Positions 19,788 to 30,000 of a stretch of DNA of 64,000 nt are shown here, piece by piece (position 1 is the first letter of the stretch; the number at the start of each line of letters is the position of its first letter). The translations under genes were made by a program, and so were the position numbers. The DNA comes from Sphingobacteriales bacterium (GTDB lineage: Bacteria > Bacteroidota > Bacteroidia > UKL13-3), in assembly GCA_021298155.1 (NCBI GenBank), contig JAJTEN010000026.1, positions 4,297 to 68,296 of the forward strand. The letters run 5' to 3'. The notes under the pieces are model-generated. The model ran no database searches, was not told the DNA's origin, and saw nothing but the letters and a program-made list of their open reading frames with translations.

Positions 19788-21159
19788 TTTGAGAAAGCTT
19801 TTGTTTAGCAACTATTGCGTATTTCCCATTAGGGTATTTATTCAATAGGTTTTGAAAAATAATTTGCGAGGTTTGTTTCCCTAAATAGGCTTCATTACAT
19901 AGTGCATAGTAAAAATAGTTGTCTTCATTTTGCTTTTGATCAACTAATTTTTTGGCATATCCATAGACTAACTTTTTAAACTTATCAGTATTATAAGAAT
20001 ACACTATTTTATTTATATCTATCAAATTAGAATCAACTGTAATAGTACATTTGTTTAATAGTTCTTCATCGTATTTATTTTCTTTTGATTGTGCAATAAA
20101 ATACAAAGATTTAAGCAGTGTAATGTTTCTTACATCTTGCTCAAATTGGAAGGTATTGGTTAGCACAAGCATGATGGCTGTTTGGTATTCAAAATCTTCC
20201 ATGGCTGTGGTTAAAACAGACTGACTTAATTGACGCTGTATGCTTCGAAATTGAACACTATCTTTTATTTGATAAAGCTGACTATTCTCTACTTTATCAT
20301 AAATTTCTAATTGTTCGCGAAGGGAAATAATTCTCTTCGAGATATCAGGATGAGTTTCAAATTGGTCTTCACTACTAACTTGAATGTTTAACAATACTTT
20401 TTCATCACGCTTTTTGCTCTTAATCCACTCAGTACTGTCTAATTGGGTCAATGGATTATTCAATAATTGACCAAGTGTTTGGGCAATATTAAGCCTAGGA
20501 TACAAACTAGAATCTGAATGCAAGACACTAAGTGCCTGAATAGCAATATTGGGCTGATAACCCGCCTGAATAATCAATTTTAAGGCTACACCATCAGCCT
20601 CATATTCGTTTTCTTTTGAATGAACAAGATTACGGTAATTTCTGCCTATATAGTTATCTGCATTTATTTCTGCTGCTAAGATTTTATTTTGCAACTCAAT
20701 TTCTTTTAAGGCATGTTGCTTCATAACATGGGCAATTTCATGCGCAATGATAAATGCGATTTCTGATTCTGTTTTTAAATGAATAATTAATCCTTGATTA
20801 ATAAAAATACTACCATCAATATAAGATAAGGCATTAGCTGTTAAATCTTTTACACACCATACTTTAATTTTTCGAATCAAAGTAGGTTCATTTTGTAATA
20901 GTTTCGCGGCAATGGCATTGAGGTATACCTCCCAATTTTGATCAGTAACAAGTTTACCTTTTTTGAATAGGTTTTGTTTTTCAATGGCTACTGTGGCAAT
21001 AATCTGTTTCGATTTATTTTCATCAAAACCCTTAGGGAAGCTTACATTACTTTTAACCTCATCATAATAATTTAGGTTTTGGCTAAAAATAAGGCTGGGC
21101 AACAATGCCCAACACAGCGTAAATAGAATTAGCTTTGTTTGTGCAGATTTAATTTTCAT
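19774..21159 (-). CDS. M48 family (BepA/YfgC-like) zinc metalloprotease, exported
   Basis: Signal peptide; ANALS...GSIFINQGLI, HEIAH, ENEYEAD, ETHP; helical C-terminal region ending KYPNGKY. Confidence 0.87.
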   Translation of the reverse strand: MKIKSAQTKLILFTLCWALLPSLIFSQNLNYYDEVKSNVSFPKGFDENKSKQIIATVAIEKQNLFKKGKLVTDQNWEVYLNAIAAKLLQNEPTLIRKIKVWCVKDLTANALSYIDGSIFINQGLIIHLKTESEIAFIIAHEIAHVMKQHALKEIELQNKILAAEINADNYIGRNYRNLVHSKENEYEADGVALKLIIQAGYQPNIAIQALSVLHSDSSLYPRLNIAQTLGQLLNNPLTQLDSTEWIKSKKRDEKVLLNIQVSSEDQFETHPDISKRIISLREQLEIYDKVENSQLYQIKDSVQFRSIQRQLSQSVLTTAMEDFEYQTAIMLVLTNTFQFEQDVRNITLLKSLYFIAQSKENKYDEELLNKCTITVDSNLIDINKIVYSYNTDKFKKLVYGYAKKLVDQKQNEDNYFYYALCNEAYLGKQTSQIIFQNLLNKYPNGKYAIVAKQKLSQNENK

Positions 21160-21295
21160 ACTGTTAGGGCTATTTGTAATTCACCCAATATTTTTCGACC
21201 AAACTAACTAAAAATAATTATTTTTTAGCATTTGGATTCGATTTTCTTCACAAAAGCAATATGGAGCGTATTATTCTATTGAACCTAGTAAAAAC

Positions 21296-21332
21296 AAAAA
21301 AACCTTTGACAAATTAAACTGTCAAAGGTTTT
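21296..21332 (-). terminator. Rho-independent terminator after tRNA-Lys
   Basis: AAAACCTTTGACA-8 nt loop-TGTCAAAGGTTTT inverted repeat with a T-tract on the minus strand. Confidence 0.85.
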
Positions 21333-21342
21333 ATGTTCTCTG

Positions 21343-21415
21343 TGATCCCGCTGGGACTCGAACCCAGGACCCCTACATTAAAAGTGTAATGCTCTACCAA
21401 CTGAGCTACGGAATC
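21343..21415 (-). tRNA. tRNA-Lys (anticodon UUU), CCA not encoded
   Basis: GATTCCGTAGCTCAGTTGGTAGAGCATTACACTTTTAATGTAGGGGTCCTGGGTTCGAGTCCCAGCGGGATCA folds as a cloverleaf; anticodon loop CTTTTAA. Confidence 0.97.
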
Positions 21416-21426
21416 GTTTGTGTTAG

Positions 21427-22083
21427 TTAATTACTAACGACTAACGGGGTGCAATAGGCGGCATTGTGTAGAATTTTACCAAAATCGCGAGCCAATGACC
21501 TAATGTAAGTCCCCTTGCTACAGGTAATTTTAAAAGAAACCAATGGCAATGAAATGCTGGTTATTTCAAAAGAATGCACCAATACATTTCTTGCAGGCAA
21601 TTCCATGTCTACTCCAGCCCTGGCATATTCATAGGCACGTTTGCCATCTTTTTGTATTGCCGAAAATAAAGGTGGAATTTGACTTAAGGCGCCTGTTAAT
21701 TGCTGGGCAGCAGCGTATATCATTTCTTCCGTAATGGCTTCAATAGAAAAGGTTTCGGTAACTTCCGTTTCTTTATCAAAACTAGGTCTGTACGCACCTA
21801 AATAAAAGCTTCCAGTATATGTTTTAGGCATACCCATGTATTGGTCTATATTCTTAGTTTCTTTACCAATACAAACAATTAATAACCCGGTGGCTAAAGG
21901 ATCTAAAGTGCCTGCGTGTCCTACCTTTACTTTTCGTTTAATTCCATCTTTGGGCTTAGGCATTTTACTCAATTTCCTGAGGACTAAACGCTGTATTTTC
22001 TTAGTTACATCGAAGCTTGTCCACGTGTAAGGCTTGTACACACGCAGCACAGCTCCTGTTTCTAAATCCAATAAATCTTTCAA
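21427..22083 (-). CDS. truB: tRNA pseudouridine(55) synthase, 3' end apparently missing
   Basis: [41 protein letters not shown]; homology stops at HNAAY and the LRRT motif is absent. Confidence 0.9.
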   Translation of the reverse strand: MKDLLDLETGAVLRVYKPYTWTSFDVTKKIQRLVLRKLSKMPKPKDGIKRKVKVGHAGTLDPLATGLLIVCIGKETKNIDQYMGMPKTYTGSFYLGAYRPSFDKETEVTETFSIEAITEEMIYAAAQQLTGALSQIPPLFSAIQKDGKRAYEYARAGVDMELPARNVLVHSFEITSISLPLVSFKITCSKGTYIRSLARDFGKILHNAAYCTPLVVSN

Positions 22084-22089
22084 GATAAA

Positions 22090-22890
22090 TTATAAAATTT
22101 GAAGATTATAGCCCATGAAATGCATAAGCAAAATAAAAAGCCCTAGTCCAATTCTGTAATAACCAAAAACCTTAAAACCATTTTTGGTAAGGAAGTTTAT
22201 AAAACCCTTTATGGCAAGCATAGCCACTAAAAATGCTACAATATTGCCAATGAGCAGTAATAGTAAATCTGATGAATGAGTGTTAGCATTAAACCCTCCG
22301 GCTAGATAGTACTTAAGCATTTTATAGGCAGTGGCTGCAAACATGGTTGGTACAGCTAAAAAGAAGGAAAACTCGGCTGCAGCTTTTCTGCTAAGCTTCT
22401 GACTTAAGCCACCAATAATGGTTGCGGCAGAGCGAGAAACACCAGGTATCATGGCAATTACTTGAAAAAAACCAATAACCAATGCCTTGGGATAACTTAC
22501 CTCTTCTGAGTGCGTGTCATTGTTTTCAAACCACTTGTCTACAAATAACAAAATAATGCCACCCAACAACAATGAAAAGGCCACAACGATCACATTCTCT
22601 AACATGGCATCGATATAATCATTGAGCAGAAAACCCAATACAGCAGCTGGAATAAAAGCTATAGCAAGTTTAAAATAAAAATCAAATGATTGAATAAAAC
22701 GCTTCCAGTATAATACAATTACCGAAAGAATTGCCCCAAATTGAATGGCAACGGTAAACATTTTCACAAAATCATTGCTGGCAATCCCCATAACAGAAGA
22801 TGCAATAATCATATGCCCCGTAGATGAAACAGGCAAATACTCTGTTATACCTTCAATAATCGCAAGGATAACAGCCTGAAATATATTCAT
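22090..22890 (-). CDS. uppP: Undecaprenyl-diphosphate phosphatase
   Basis: [36 protein letters not shown]. Confidence 0.96.
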   Translation of the reverse strand: MNIFQAVILAIIEGITEYLPVSSTGHMIIASSVMGIASNDFVKMFTVAIQFGAILSVIVLYWKRFIQSFDFYFKLAIAFIPAAVLGFLLNDYIDAMLENVIVVAFSLLLGGIILLFVDKWFENNDTHSEEVSYPKALVIGFFQVIAMIPGVSRSAATIIGGLSQKLSRKAAAEFSFFLAVPTMFAATAYKMLKYYLAGGFNANTHSSDLLLLLIGNIVAFLVAMLAIKGFINFLTKNGFKVFGYYRIGLGLFILLMHFMGYNLQIL

Positions 22891-22893
22891 ATC

Positions 22894-23130
22894 TTAGGCT
22901 TTTGACTTGCGCATGATTGCAAAAATACCCAGCACAAATCCCAATAAAACCACTATTGGTGCCAAGGTAAGTTTACGAAAATCAAAAATATCTTCTGATC
23001 CAACCATTAAGGCAAATCCTATAAAAACGATTGCAACACTGGCAATCATTAACATGTAATTTTCTTTTCCGAAAACAAAATTCTTAGGTGTTTGAACCTC
23101 TTTTTTTGCGCTTAATCTATCTTTACTCAT
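22894..23130 (-). CDS. DUF3098-type small membrane protein
   Basis: FGKENY...GFALM...LTLAPIVV; typical position between ftsX and uppP in Bacteroidota. Confidence 0.8.
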   Translation of the reverse strand: MSKDRLSAKKEVQTPKNFVFGKENYMLMIASVAIVFIGFALMVGSEDIFDFRKLTLAPIVVLLGFVLGIFAIMRKSKA

Positions 23131-23184
23131 GCCTGCAATATTCAAATTATCTTTTAAAATTAAAAATATTAAATCAATCTCTCG

Positions 23185-24048
23185 TTAATACAAATCCTCT
23201 AAGCGTTGGTATAAGTATTTTCTGGTTGAAAAAAAGCTACTTCCCATGCTAATGATCAATCCTAAAAATAATAAGCCAACATATAAAATTCCTAATTCTT
23301 CTGCCCTATTAAAATTAGACCATTCAGGAAAAAATAAGGGCAAAAATTGATTTAAATTAACCAATAAAACCCAGGCTATAACCCAACCCCAGAAACCATT
23401 TTTAATCCCTTGCCATACAAATGGACGGGTAATAAACCAGGGTTTGGCACCAACCAATTGCATGCTTTTGATAATAAAACGTTGAGCATATAGGTTCAGC
23501 CTTACGGTATTGTGGATTAAAACCACTGCAATAACTCCGAAAATTGAAGCCAGCAACATAAATATCAAAGCGATATTTTTAATATTTTTTTGAGCCAATT
23601 CATATGCGCTTCTTTGGTAAGCCAGATCACTCACTTTTGGATATTTGCGAATGAATTGCTCAATTTGAAGCAAAGCTTCCGGTGTATTATAGGCCTGGTT
23701 CAATTTAATTTGAAGAGATGCCATGAGTGGATTAAAACCCAAAAAGTTAACAAAATCTTGCCCCAACTCATTACTAAATTCTGTAGCCGCCTGTTCTTTA
23801 GAAATATAACTAAGGCTCTTTAAAAAAGGCTCTTTTGCCACTGCAAACTGAACTTCTGTAATATCTTCTTGCGTAGCATCTGAGTCGAAAAACACCTGAA
23901 CCACCATATTTTCTTTCAAATAGGTTTCCATATTCTGGCTGGCCAAAACCAAAAAGCCAAACATACCCATCATCAATAAAACCATGGCTATACTGATAAT
24001 TGAAAAGGCATAACTAAATTTTTTCTTACGTTTTATGGTTGTGCTCAC
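23185..24048 (-). CDS. ftsX: Cell-division permease FtsX
   Basis: FLGFNPL, IHNTVRL, RFIIKSMQLVGA, FITRPF; GTG start. Confidence 0.9.
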   Translation of the reverse strand: MSTTIKRKKKFSYAFSIISIAMVLLMMGMFGFLVLASQNMETYLKENMVVQVFFDSDATQEDITEVQFAVAKEPFLKSLSYISKEQAATEFSNELGQDFVNFLGFNPLMASLQIKLNQAYNTPEALLQIEQFIRKYPKVSDLAYQRSAYELAQKNIKNIALIFMLLASIFGVIAVVLIHNTVRLNLYAQRFIIKSMQLVGAKPWFITRPFVWQGIKNGFWGWVIAWVLLVNLNQFLPLFFPEWSNFNRAEELGILYVGLLFLGLIISMGSSFFSTRKYLYQRLEDLY

Positions 24049-24068
24049 TATTATTGCTAATTATGGAA

Positions 24069-24098
24069 CAAATTTAATAAGGAATAACTAGCTTGCAA
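24069..24098 (-). promoter_or_regulatory. Bacteroidota promoter for the ftsX operon (-33 TTG, -7 TAAATTTG)
   Basis: TAnnTTTG at 24069-24076 with TTG at 24096-24098, 19 nt spacer. Confidence 0.6.
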
Positions 24099-24116
24099 GA
24101 TTATTTAAACCACAAC

Positions 24117-24148
24117 TTTGGAAAAGCCTTGCAAGCCGTCTATTTTTG
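24117..24148 (+). promoter_or_regulatory. Bacteroidota promoter for leuS (-33 TTTG, -7 TATTTTTG)
   Basis: TTTG at 24117-24120, 20 nt spacer, TATTTTTG at 24141-24148. Confidence 0.65.
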
Positions 24149-24207
24149 CAGACTTTTAAAATAAAAAGATAAACCGTAAAACAGTTTGGTTCGAACCGAA
24201 ATAAAGT

Positions 24208-27042
24208 ATGAATAGAGAATACAACCACATAGAAATTGAAGCGAAATGGCAGGCTTATTGGCAAAAAAATAAAATAAATGAAGTAAGCGCCGACCCCAAT
24301 AAACCTAAGTTTTATGTATTAGATATGTTTCCTTACCCAAGTGGTGCTGGATTACATGTTGGTCACCCTTTGGGGTATATCGCCAGCGATATTTACAGCA
24401 GATACAAACGCTTAAAAGGGTATAATGTACTGCATCCCATGGGTTATGATGCATTTGGATTAAAATACCGAGAGCAACTAGATAAAATTGGCTTTAGTTT
24501 TGATTGGAGTAGAGAAGTAAAAACCTCTGATCCTAATTATTACAAATGGACACAATGGATTTTTTTAAAGCTATTTAATAGTTGGTATAATCCCATCAAT
24601 AACAAAGCTGAACCAATTGAAACCCTTATAAACCTATTCAACATAGATGGATTTAAAGGAAGCGACGATCGCATTATAACTGGCGGTATTGAATTTGATT
24701 ATCCACCATTTACAGCTGAACAGTGGCAAAACTTCCCAGAGGAGGTAAAGGAAAAAATATTGCTTGGGTTCAGATTAGCCTACCTAAGTGAAGCATACGT
24801 AAATTGGTGTCCAGCCATGGGCACTGTGCTTAGCAATGATGAGGTAAAAGATGGTGTTAGTGAGCGCGGTGGTTTTCCGGTTGAACGCAAAAAAATGAAC
24901 CAATGGAGTTTGCGCATTACCGCCTATGCCGATCGCTTATTGCAAGATTTAGATGAGCTAGATTGGACAGAAAGCTTAAAAGAATCTCAGCGTAATTGGA
25001 TCGGAAAATCTCAAGGCGCGAGTCTCCACTTTAAAATTCAAGATCAAAATTTTGATATTGAAGTTTTTACAACCAGGCCAGATACCCTCTTCGGGGTTAG
25101 TTTTTTAGCCATTGCACCTGAACATGAAATGCTTAAAGAACTGCTTACTCCGGAGCATTTGGATGAAGTAATGCATTATGTGGAGGCTGCTAAAAATAGA
25201 AGCGAAAGAGACAGACAATCAGATGTGAAACGCATCAGTGGAGAATTTACAGGTGCTTATGCCATACATCCATTCACTGGTAAAGAAATTCCAATTTGGG
25301 TGGCAGATTACGTTTTGGGTGGCTATGGCACAGGTGCTGTGATGGGGGTTCCAGCCCATGATTCCAGAGATTTTGCTTTTGCCAAACATTTTGATTTACC
25401 CATTCTACCGGTTGTAGAAGGCAATACCAAACATGATTTTACACTTTCCTCATTTGATGCCAAAGAAGGAAATTGCATCAACTCTTCTTTCCTTAACGGT
25501 TTGGGTGTAAAAAAAGCCATAAAAAAGGCCATTCAAGAAATAGAGGAAAGAAAACTTGGAAAGGGTAAAACCAATTTTAGGTTAAGAGATGCCATTTTTG
25601 GCAGACAAAGATATTGGGGCGAACCAATACCTATTTATTATAAAAATGGAATTCCCTATCCAGTTGCAGAAAGCGACTTGCCATTGGTTTTGCCAGAAAT
25701 AGAAACCTTTTTGCCAACAGAAAATGGAGAACCACCATTAGGAAGAGCCAAGAACTGGAAATACAAAGGCGAATATGATTACGAACTTTCTACTATGCCG
25801 GGTTGGGCAGGCAGTAGTTGGTACTTTCTAAGGTATATGGATGCGCAAAATTTGAATCAAATTGCCAGCCAAGAAGCTTTACAATATTGGCAACAAGTTG
25901 ATTTATATTTGGGAGGAAGTGAACATGCAACTGGGCATTTATTATATGTTCGCTTTTGGACAAAATTTCTATTCGACCTAGGCATCATTCCTTGTCACGA
26001 ACCGGCCAAAAAACTGATCAATCAAGGTATGATCCAAGGAAGAAGCAATTTTGTATTTAGAGTAGACTGTTACAAAGGAGAAGAAAAGGAATTAAGTTTT
26101 TTCGCCTCTAAATCCTATTTAAACGAGGAAGAAAAAATCAAAAACTTACCATTGTTATTTGAGGAATTTAGCATTCAACACAATCAAAAAATTACACTTG
26201 ATTTTACTAAAATTAATATAGTAAAAATGAATGTGGATGTAAATCTGGTTGAAAACGATATCCTAAATGTAGCAGCAATTAAACATTGGAGAGACGATTT
26301 TAAAGATGCCCTTTTTGTATTAGATGACAACAAATACCAATGCGCTTGGGAAATAGAAAAAATGTCTAAATCTAAATGGAATGTGGTAACACCAGATTAT
26401 ATCATTGATCAATATGGTGCTGATACCCTTCGTTTGTATGAAATGTTTTTGGGTCCCTTAGAGCAAAGTAAACCTTGGAATACACAGGGTATTGAAGGGG
26501 TACACCGCTTTCTTAAAAAGTTATGGCGATTATTTGTTGATGCAAATGGCCAAGTAAATTTGGATCAAACAGAACCCAATAAAGCTGCACTCAAGGCCTT
26601 ACACAAAGCCATTAAAAAGGCAGCTGAAGATATAGAAAACTTCTCTTTTAATACGAGCGTAAGTACCTTTATGATTTGTGTAAATGAACTTACTGAACTG
26701 AAGTGCAACAACAAACAAATTTTAAAAGACTTCATAATTATTTTATCGCCATATGCCCCACATATTGCTGAAGAATTGTGGCATGTAATTGGTGAAACTG
26801 AAAGCGTAACAAAAGCTAGTTTCCCACTATTTAACCCTGCATATTTGATAGAATCTACTTTTTCTTACCCTATCTCTATCAATGGGAAACACCGCACCAA
26901 CATTGAATTTTCTTTAGAGGCAGCGCAAGATGAAATTGAAGCAAGCGTGCTGGCTAATGAAATCATTCAAAAGTGGTTGGCAGACCAGTCGCCTAAGAAG
27001 ATCATTGTGGTTAAAGGTAAAATAATCAATATTGTTGTTTAA
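24208..27042 (+). CDS. leuS: Leucine--tRNA ligase, with an apparent in-frame deletion near 24462
   Basis: MFPYPSGAGLHVGH (HIGH), FTTRPDT editing domain, GAVMGVPAHD, RQRYWGEPIP, KMSKSK. Confidence 0.97.
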   Translation: MNREYNHIEIEAKWQAYWQKNKINEVSADPNKPKFYVLDMFPYPSGAGLHVGHPLGYIASDIYSRYKRLKGYNVLHPMGYDAFGLKYREQLDKIGFSFDWSREVKTSDPNYYKWTQWIFLKLFNSWYNPINNKAEPIETLINLFNIDGFKGSDDRIITGGIEFDYPPFTAEQWQNFPEEVKEKILLGFRLAYLSEAYVNWCPAMGTVLSNDEVKDGVSERGGFPVERKKMNQWSLRITAYADRLLQDLDELDWTESLKESQRNWIGKSQGASLHFKIQDQNFDIEVFTTRPDTLFGVSFLAIAPEHEMLKELLTPEHLDEVMHYVEAAKNRSERDRQSDVKRISGEFTGAYAIHPFTGKEIPIWVADYVLGGYGTGAVMGVPAHDSRDFAFAKHFDLPILPVVEGNTKHDFTLSSFDAKEGNCINSSFLNGLGVKKAIKKAIQEIEERKLGKGKTNFRLRDAIFGRQRYWGEPIPIYYKNGIPYPVAESDLPLVLPEIETFLPTENGEPPLGRAKNWKYKGEYDYELSTMPGWAGSSWYFLRYMDAQNLNQIASQEALQYWQQVDLYLGGSEHATGHLLYVRFWTKFLFDLGIIPCHEPAKKLINQGMIQGRSNFVFRVDCYKGEEKELSFFASKSYLNEEEKIKNLPLLFEEFSIQHNQKITLDFTKINIVKMNVDVNLVENDILNVAAIKHWRDDFKDALFVLDDNKYQCAWEIEKMSKSKWNVVTPDYIIDQYGADTLRLYEMFLGPLEQSKPWNTQGIEGVHRFLKKLWRLFVDANGQVNLDQTEPNKAALKALHKAIKKAAEDIENFSFNTSVSTFMICVNELTELKCNNKQILKDFIIILSPYAPHIAEELWHVIGETESVTKASFPLFNPAYLIESTFSYPISINGKHRTNIEFSLEAAQDEIEASVLANEIIQKWLADQSPKKIIVVKGKIINIVV

Positions 27043-27077
27043 ATAGTGTTGGCCTGAACCAAAACCTTCAAGCAGCG

Positions 27078-30000
27078 CTAAAACAAATACCTGGCTTCCA
27101 TTTTACCCGTATGAATGAAGGGAATTTCACCAGATTTCCTTCCTTCATAGGTAATGTTTATTTGAAGGTATTGACCAATACGCTGTTGCAATTGCACATT
27201 CATCAGTTGGTTATTACCTCTACTTAAACCTTGCAGCATATCATAGGCTAGCACGCTATTTAAGTTTCCAGCATACTGAACATCAAAAAAGCTGTATTTG
27301 GCCGTAATAACGCCAATCTTTATAAATGAATAGCGCAACTCTAAACCAGCTTGTTGAATGGCGCTCTCCTCTCCTCCTAGTTCAGGTAAATTAAAAGATT
27401 TTTGATACGTATAATCAATACTTAAGCGCCAAATTTGCTCAAATTGATAACTCAATTTGGGTTTATATTCGGTGTATGTATACCTAAAATCAGTATTGCT
27501 AAAAAACGCTGAGGCATTCCTTTTTTCTCCTAAGGTATACGCCCCATTAAGGGTCCAATTTCCATTAAAGGCATATCTACCGCCAATGGTATAATCTACC
27601 TTGTCGCGCGATTCAAAACCATTGGTTTGAAAAGCCTTGGTGCGTTGCTTTACATAGGCAAAATCTAAACCATATTTAGGATTGTTTCTATTAAAAAATA
27701 AGGTGTTACGAATAAAAGAAGATAAGCTAACAATAGACGTATCGTTCCAATTCCAACTCAGTGCGTTCGCTAAAGGATTAAAATCGGAAGTAGTTAATTT
27801 GCGCTCAATTCGAAGGGCCGCCTGATTGCTAAATTTATTCAAAAAGCCTTTAAATCCCCTATAGGTTTTAGCATTAAAGCCATTAATGTTGAGGGTTTGA
27901 CTAAACTGTGTGCTTTGAACGCTTATTAAGCTAGTGGTTGGAAGAAAAACTTTTACATAGTTTGCTAAATTTTTATCGGCAAATGAAGCCAATTGAAATT
28001 CATTGATTTGTTGCAAACCATCTTCATTAAAATCTTTCCAGATATAAAGTCCTTGCCCAACAGGCACCTCAATAAATTGATAATCTCTTCGCAGTTCATT
28101 TCCTGAACCAAGTTGAACATAGGTATTCGCTGTTATTAGTCGCTTAAAAAAAGCATAATCATAGGTAAAACGTGACAATAAAACACGCTCAGGTTGCAAC
28201 ATTTGACGCGCGGTATCTAACCATTGAAACTCTCTAAAAGACAAGTCTACATTTAATTTATTGAAATTTTTCTGAAATACATCCAGTCCAATTTTTGCCT
28301 CTTTAGCCATACTTTTTTGTTGAAATATTTGCTGATATGGCAATTGGTCGAACCGAATATTTATTTCAGCATAATACCTCAAGGAGCTGCTATCTTTACT
28401 CCTAAGAAAAACAGTATACTTCTGATAAGCAAAACTCCCACTTAATAAAGAATCATTGCTTCTTTTAAAGGCACTCTTTTCATTCACTAAGCTAAAGCCA
28501 ACATTACAGAATGTACTATTTCGGGTATACGTAAGCTGTAAATTATTCACTTTAGACGCGTATGATTGAAGCGTTTGCAGGGCTTGTTGCTGACCAAACA
28601 GCTGTTCAAATTGCGCCTGTAACCTGTTCTTTTTGTTTATTAAATCGCTTGAAAGAATTTGGTTCAGCCCGGTAAAAAAATTAAAATTTCGATTGTAATA
28701 TGCAATTTGATAATGGATAAATCCGTTTTCTTGGGTTTTGTATTTTACCAATGCAGATAGAATATGTTCATTATTTCCATTTTCAGATTCTGACATATTC
28801 GTTAATTGTCGGTTCCAAATTCTATTAAATTCAACATTTCTGTATCGTTCTATGTATTTAAATTGAGCGGTAGTATATTCATAATTGAATTCAGACTGTA
28901 TGCGTGCGCCTTTTTTACCTAAAGGTATTTCATTGTTTGCTTGAAGTTGAAACGCATATCCAGCATCATTTTGCTTATCAAACTCACTAAATAAATTTTT
29001 ATTGAAAATACTTTTGGCTACTTCAACTTTAATAAGCTGCTTAGGTTTCCAATTATAAATAGCACCAGCACTCAGCATTTGTTGTTGATTAGGTGCAATT
29101 AATTGAATTACGGGTTCAAAATCTCCTTGTGGAAGTCCATTTATAGGTTCAACCCAAATAAACACTCTTCCATTGGAGGCACTTGCACCTTGTTTATAAT
29201 TACCCTTATTATTACCTACAAAAGAAAACCTAAGTTCATAAAAAACACTATCGGTTCCTTTTTCTTTGGCATGAAAATAAACACCTGTATAACCTAGGGT
29301 ATCCACCTTTCTGTAAAGAATTGTTTGTGCATTAAAATCTTTCACGGGTACCTCACTTGGTATTTTTGCATCTTGAAGTTTATCGCCCACACTGGCCAAT
29401 ACTAACTTATTACTATCGCTTAAATTTTGTTGAAAAGGCTGGTTTTTATTGTCTTGTTCCGTAAAATAATTAAAATAAATGCTAGCTTTTTTAGACTTCC
29501 ATTCTGTATTAAAGCCTAACACGGTTCTGGCAAAATTTCTGTCTGAATATTGAAACTCAACAATAATTCGAGAGAATTGGGTAATTAAACGTTTAGGCAT
29601 AAATACTATTTCACCCGTATTGTAATCTATGGTATAATCATTTTGTTCTCCACGGGTAAGTTTTTGACCATCCAAATACACCGATTCGGTTCCAGAAATG
29701 ATAATAATAAATAACTCCCCATTGGAGCCTTGCAAGCGGTACGGACCCTGATTTCCTTCTTGGCCTTGAATAATATTTCTAACAAATCGTCCACGAGAGA
29801 GCGCCGCTTGTGCATTTACTTGAAGTACATTTTTACTGGGTAGCAGAAAAGAATTATAACTGGCTAAGCCTCTCGATTTTTTGTAATAGTTCAAAAAATA
29901 AGCAGATTCTGGTTTAGTCATTAAATAATCGCCCACAATAAGCTTTTTATTTTGCTTGCTAAACTGCACAAACACCTGGTCAAAATCTTGCAGTTCTTGT

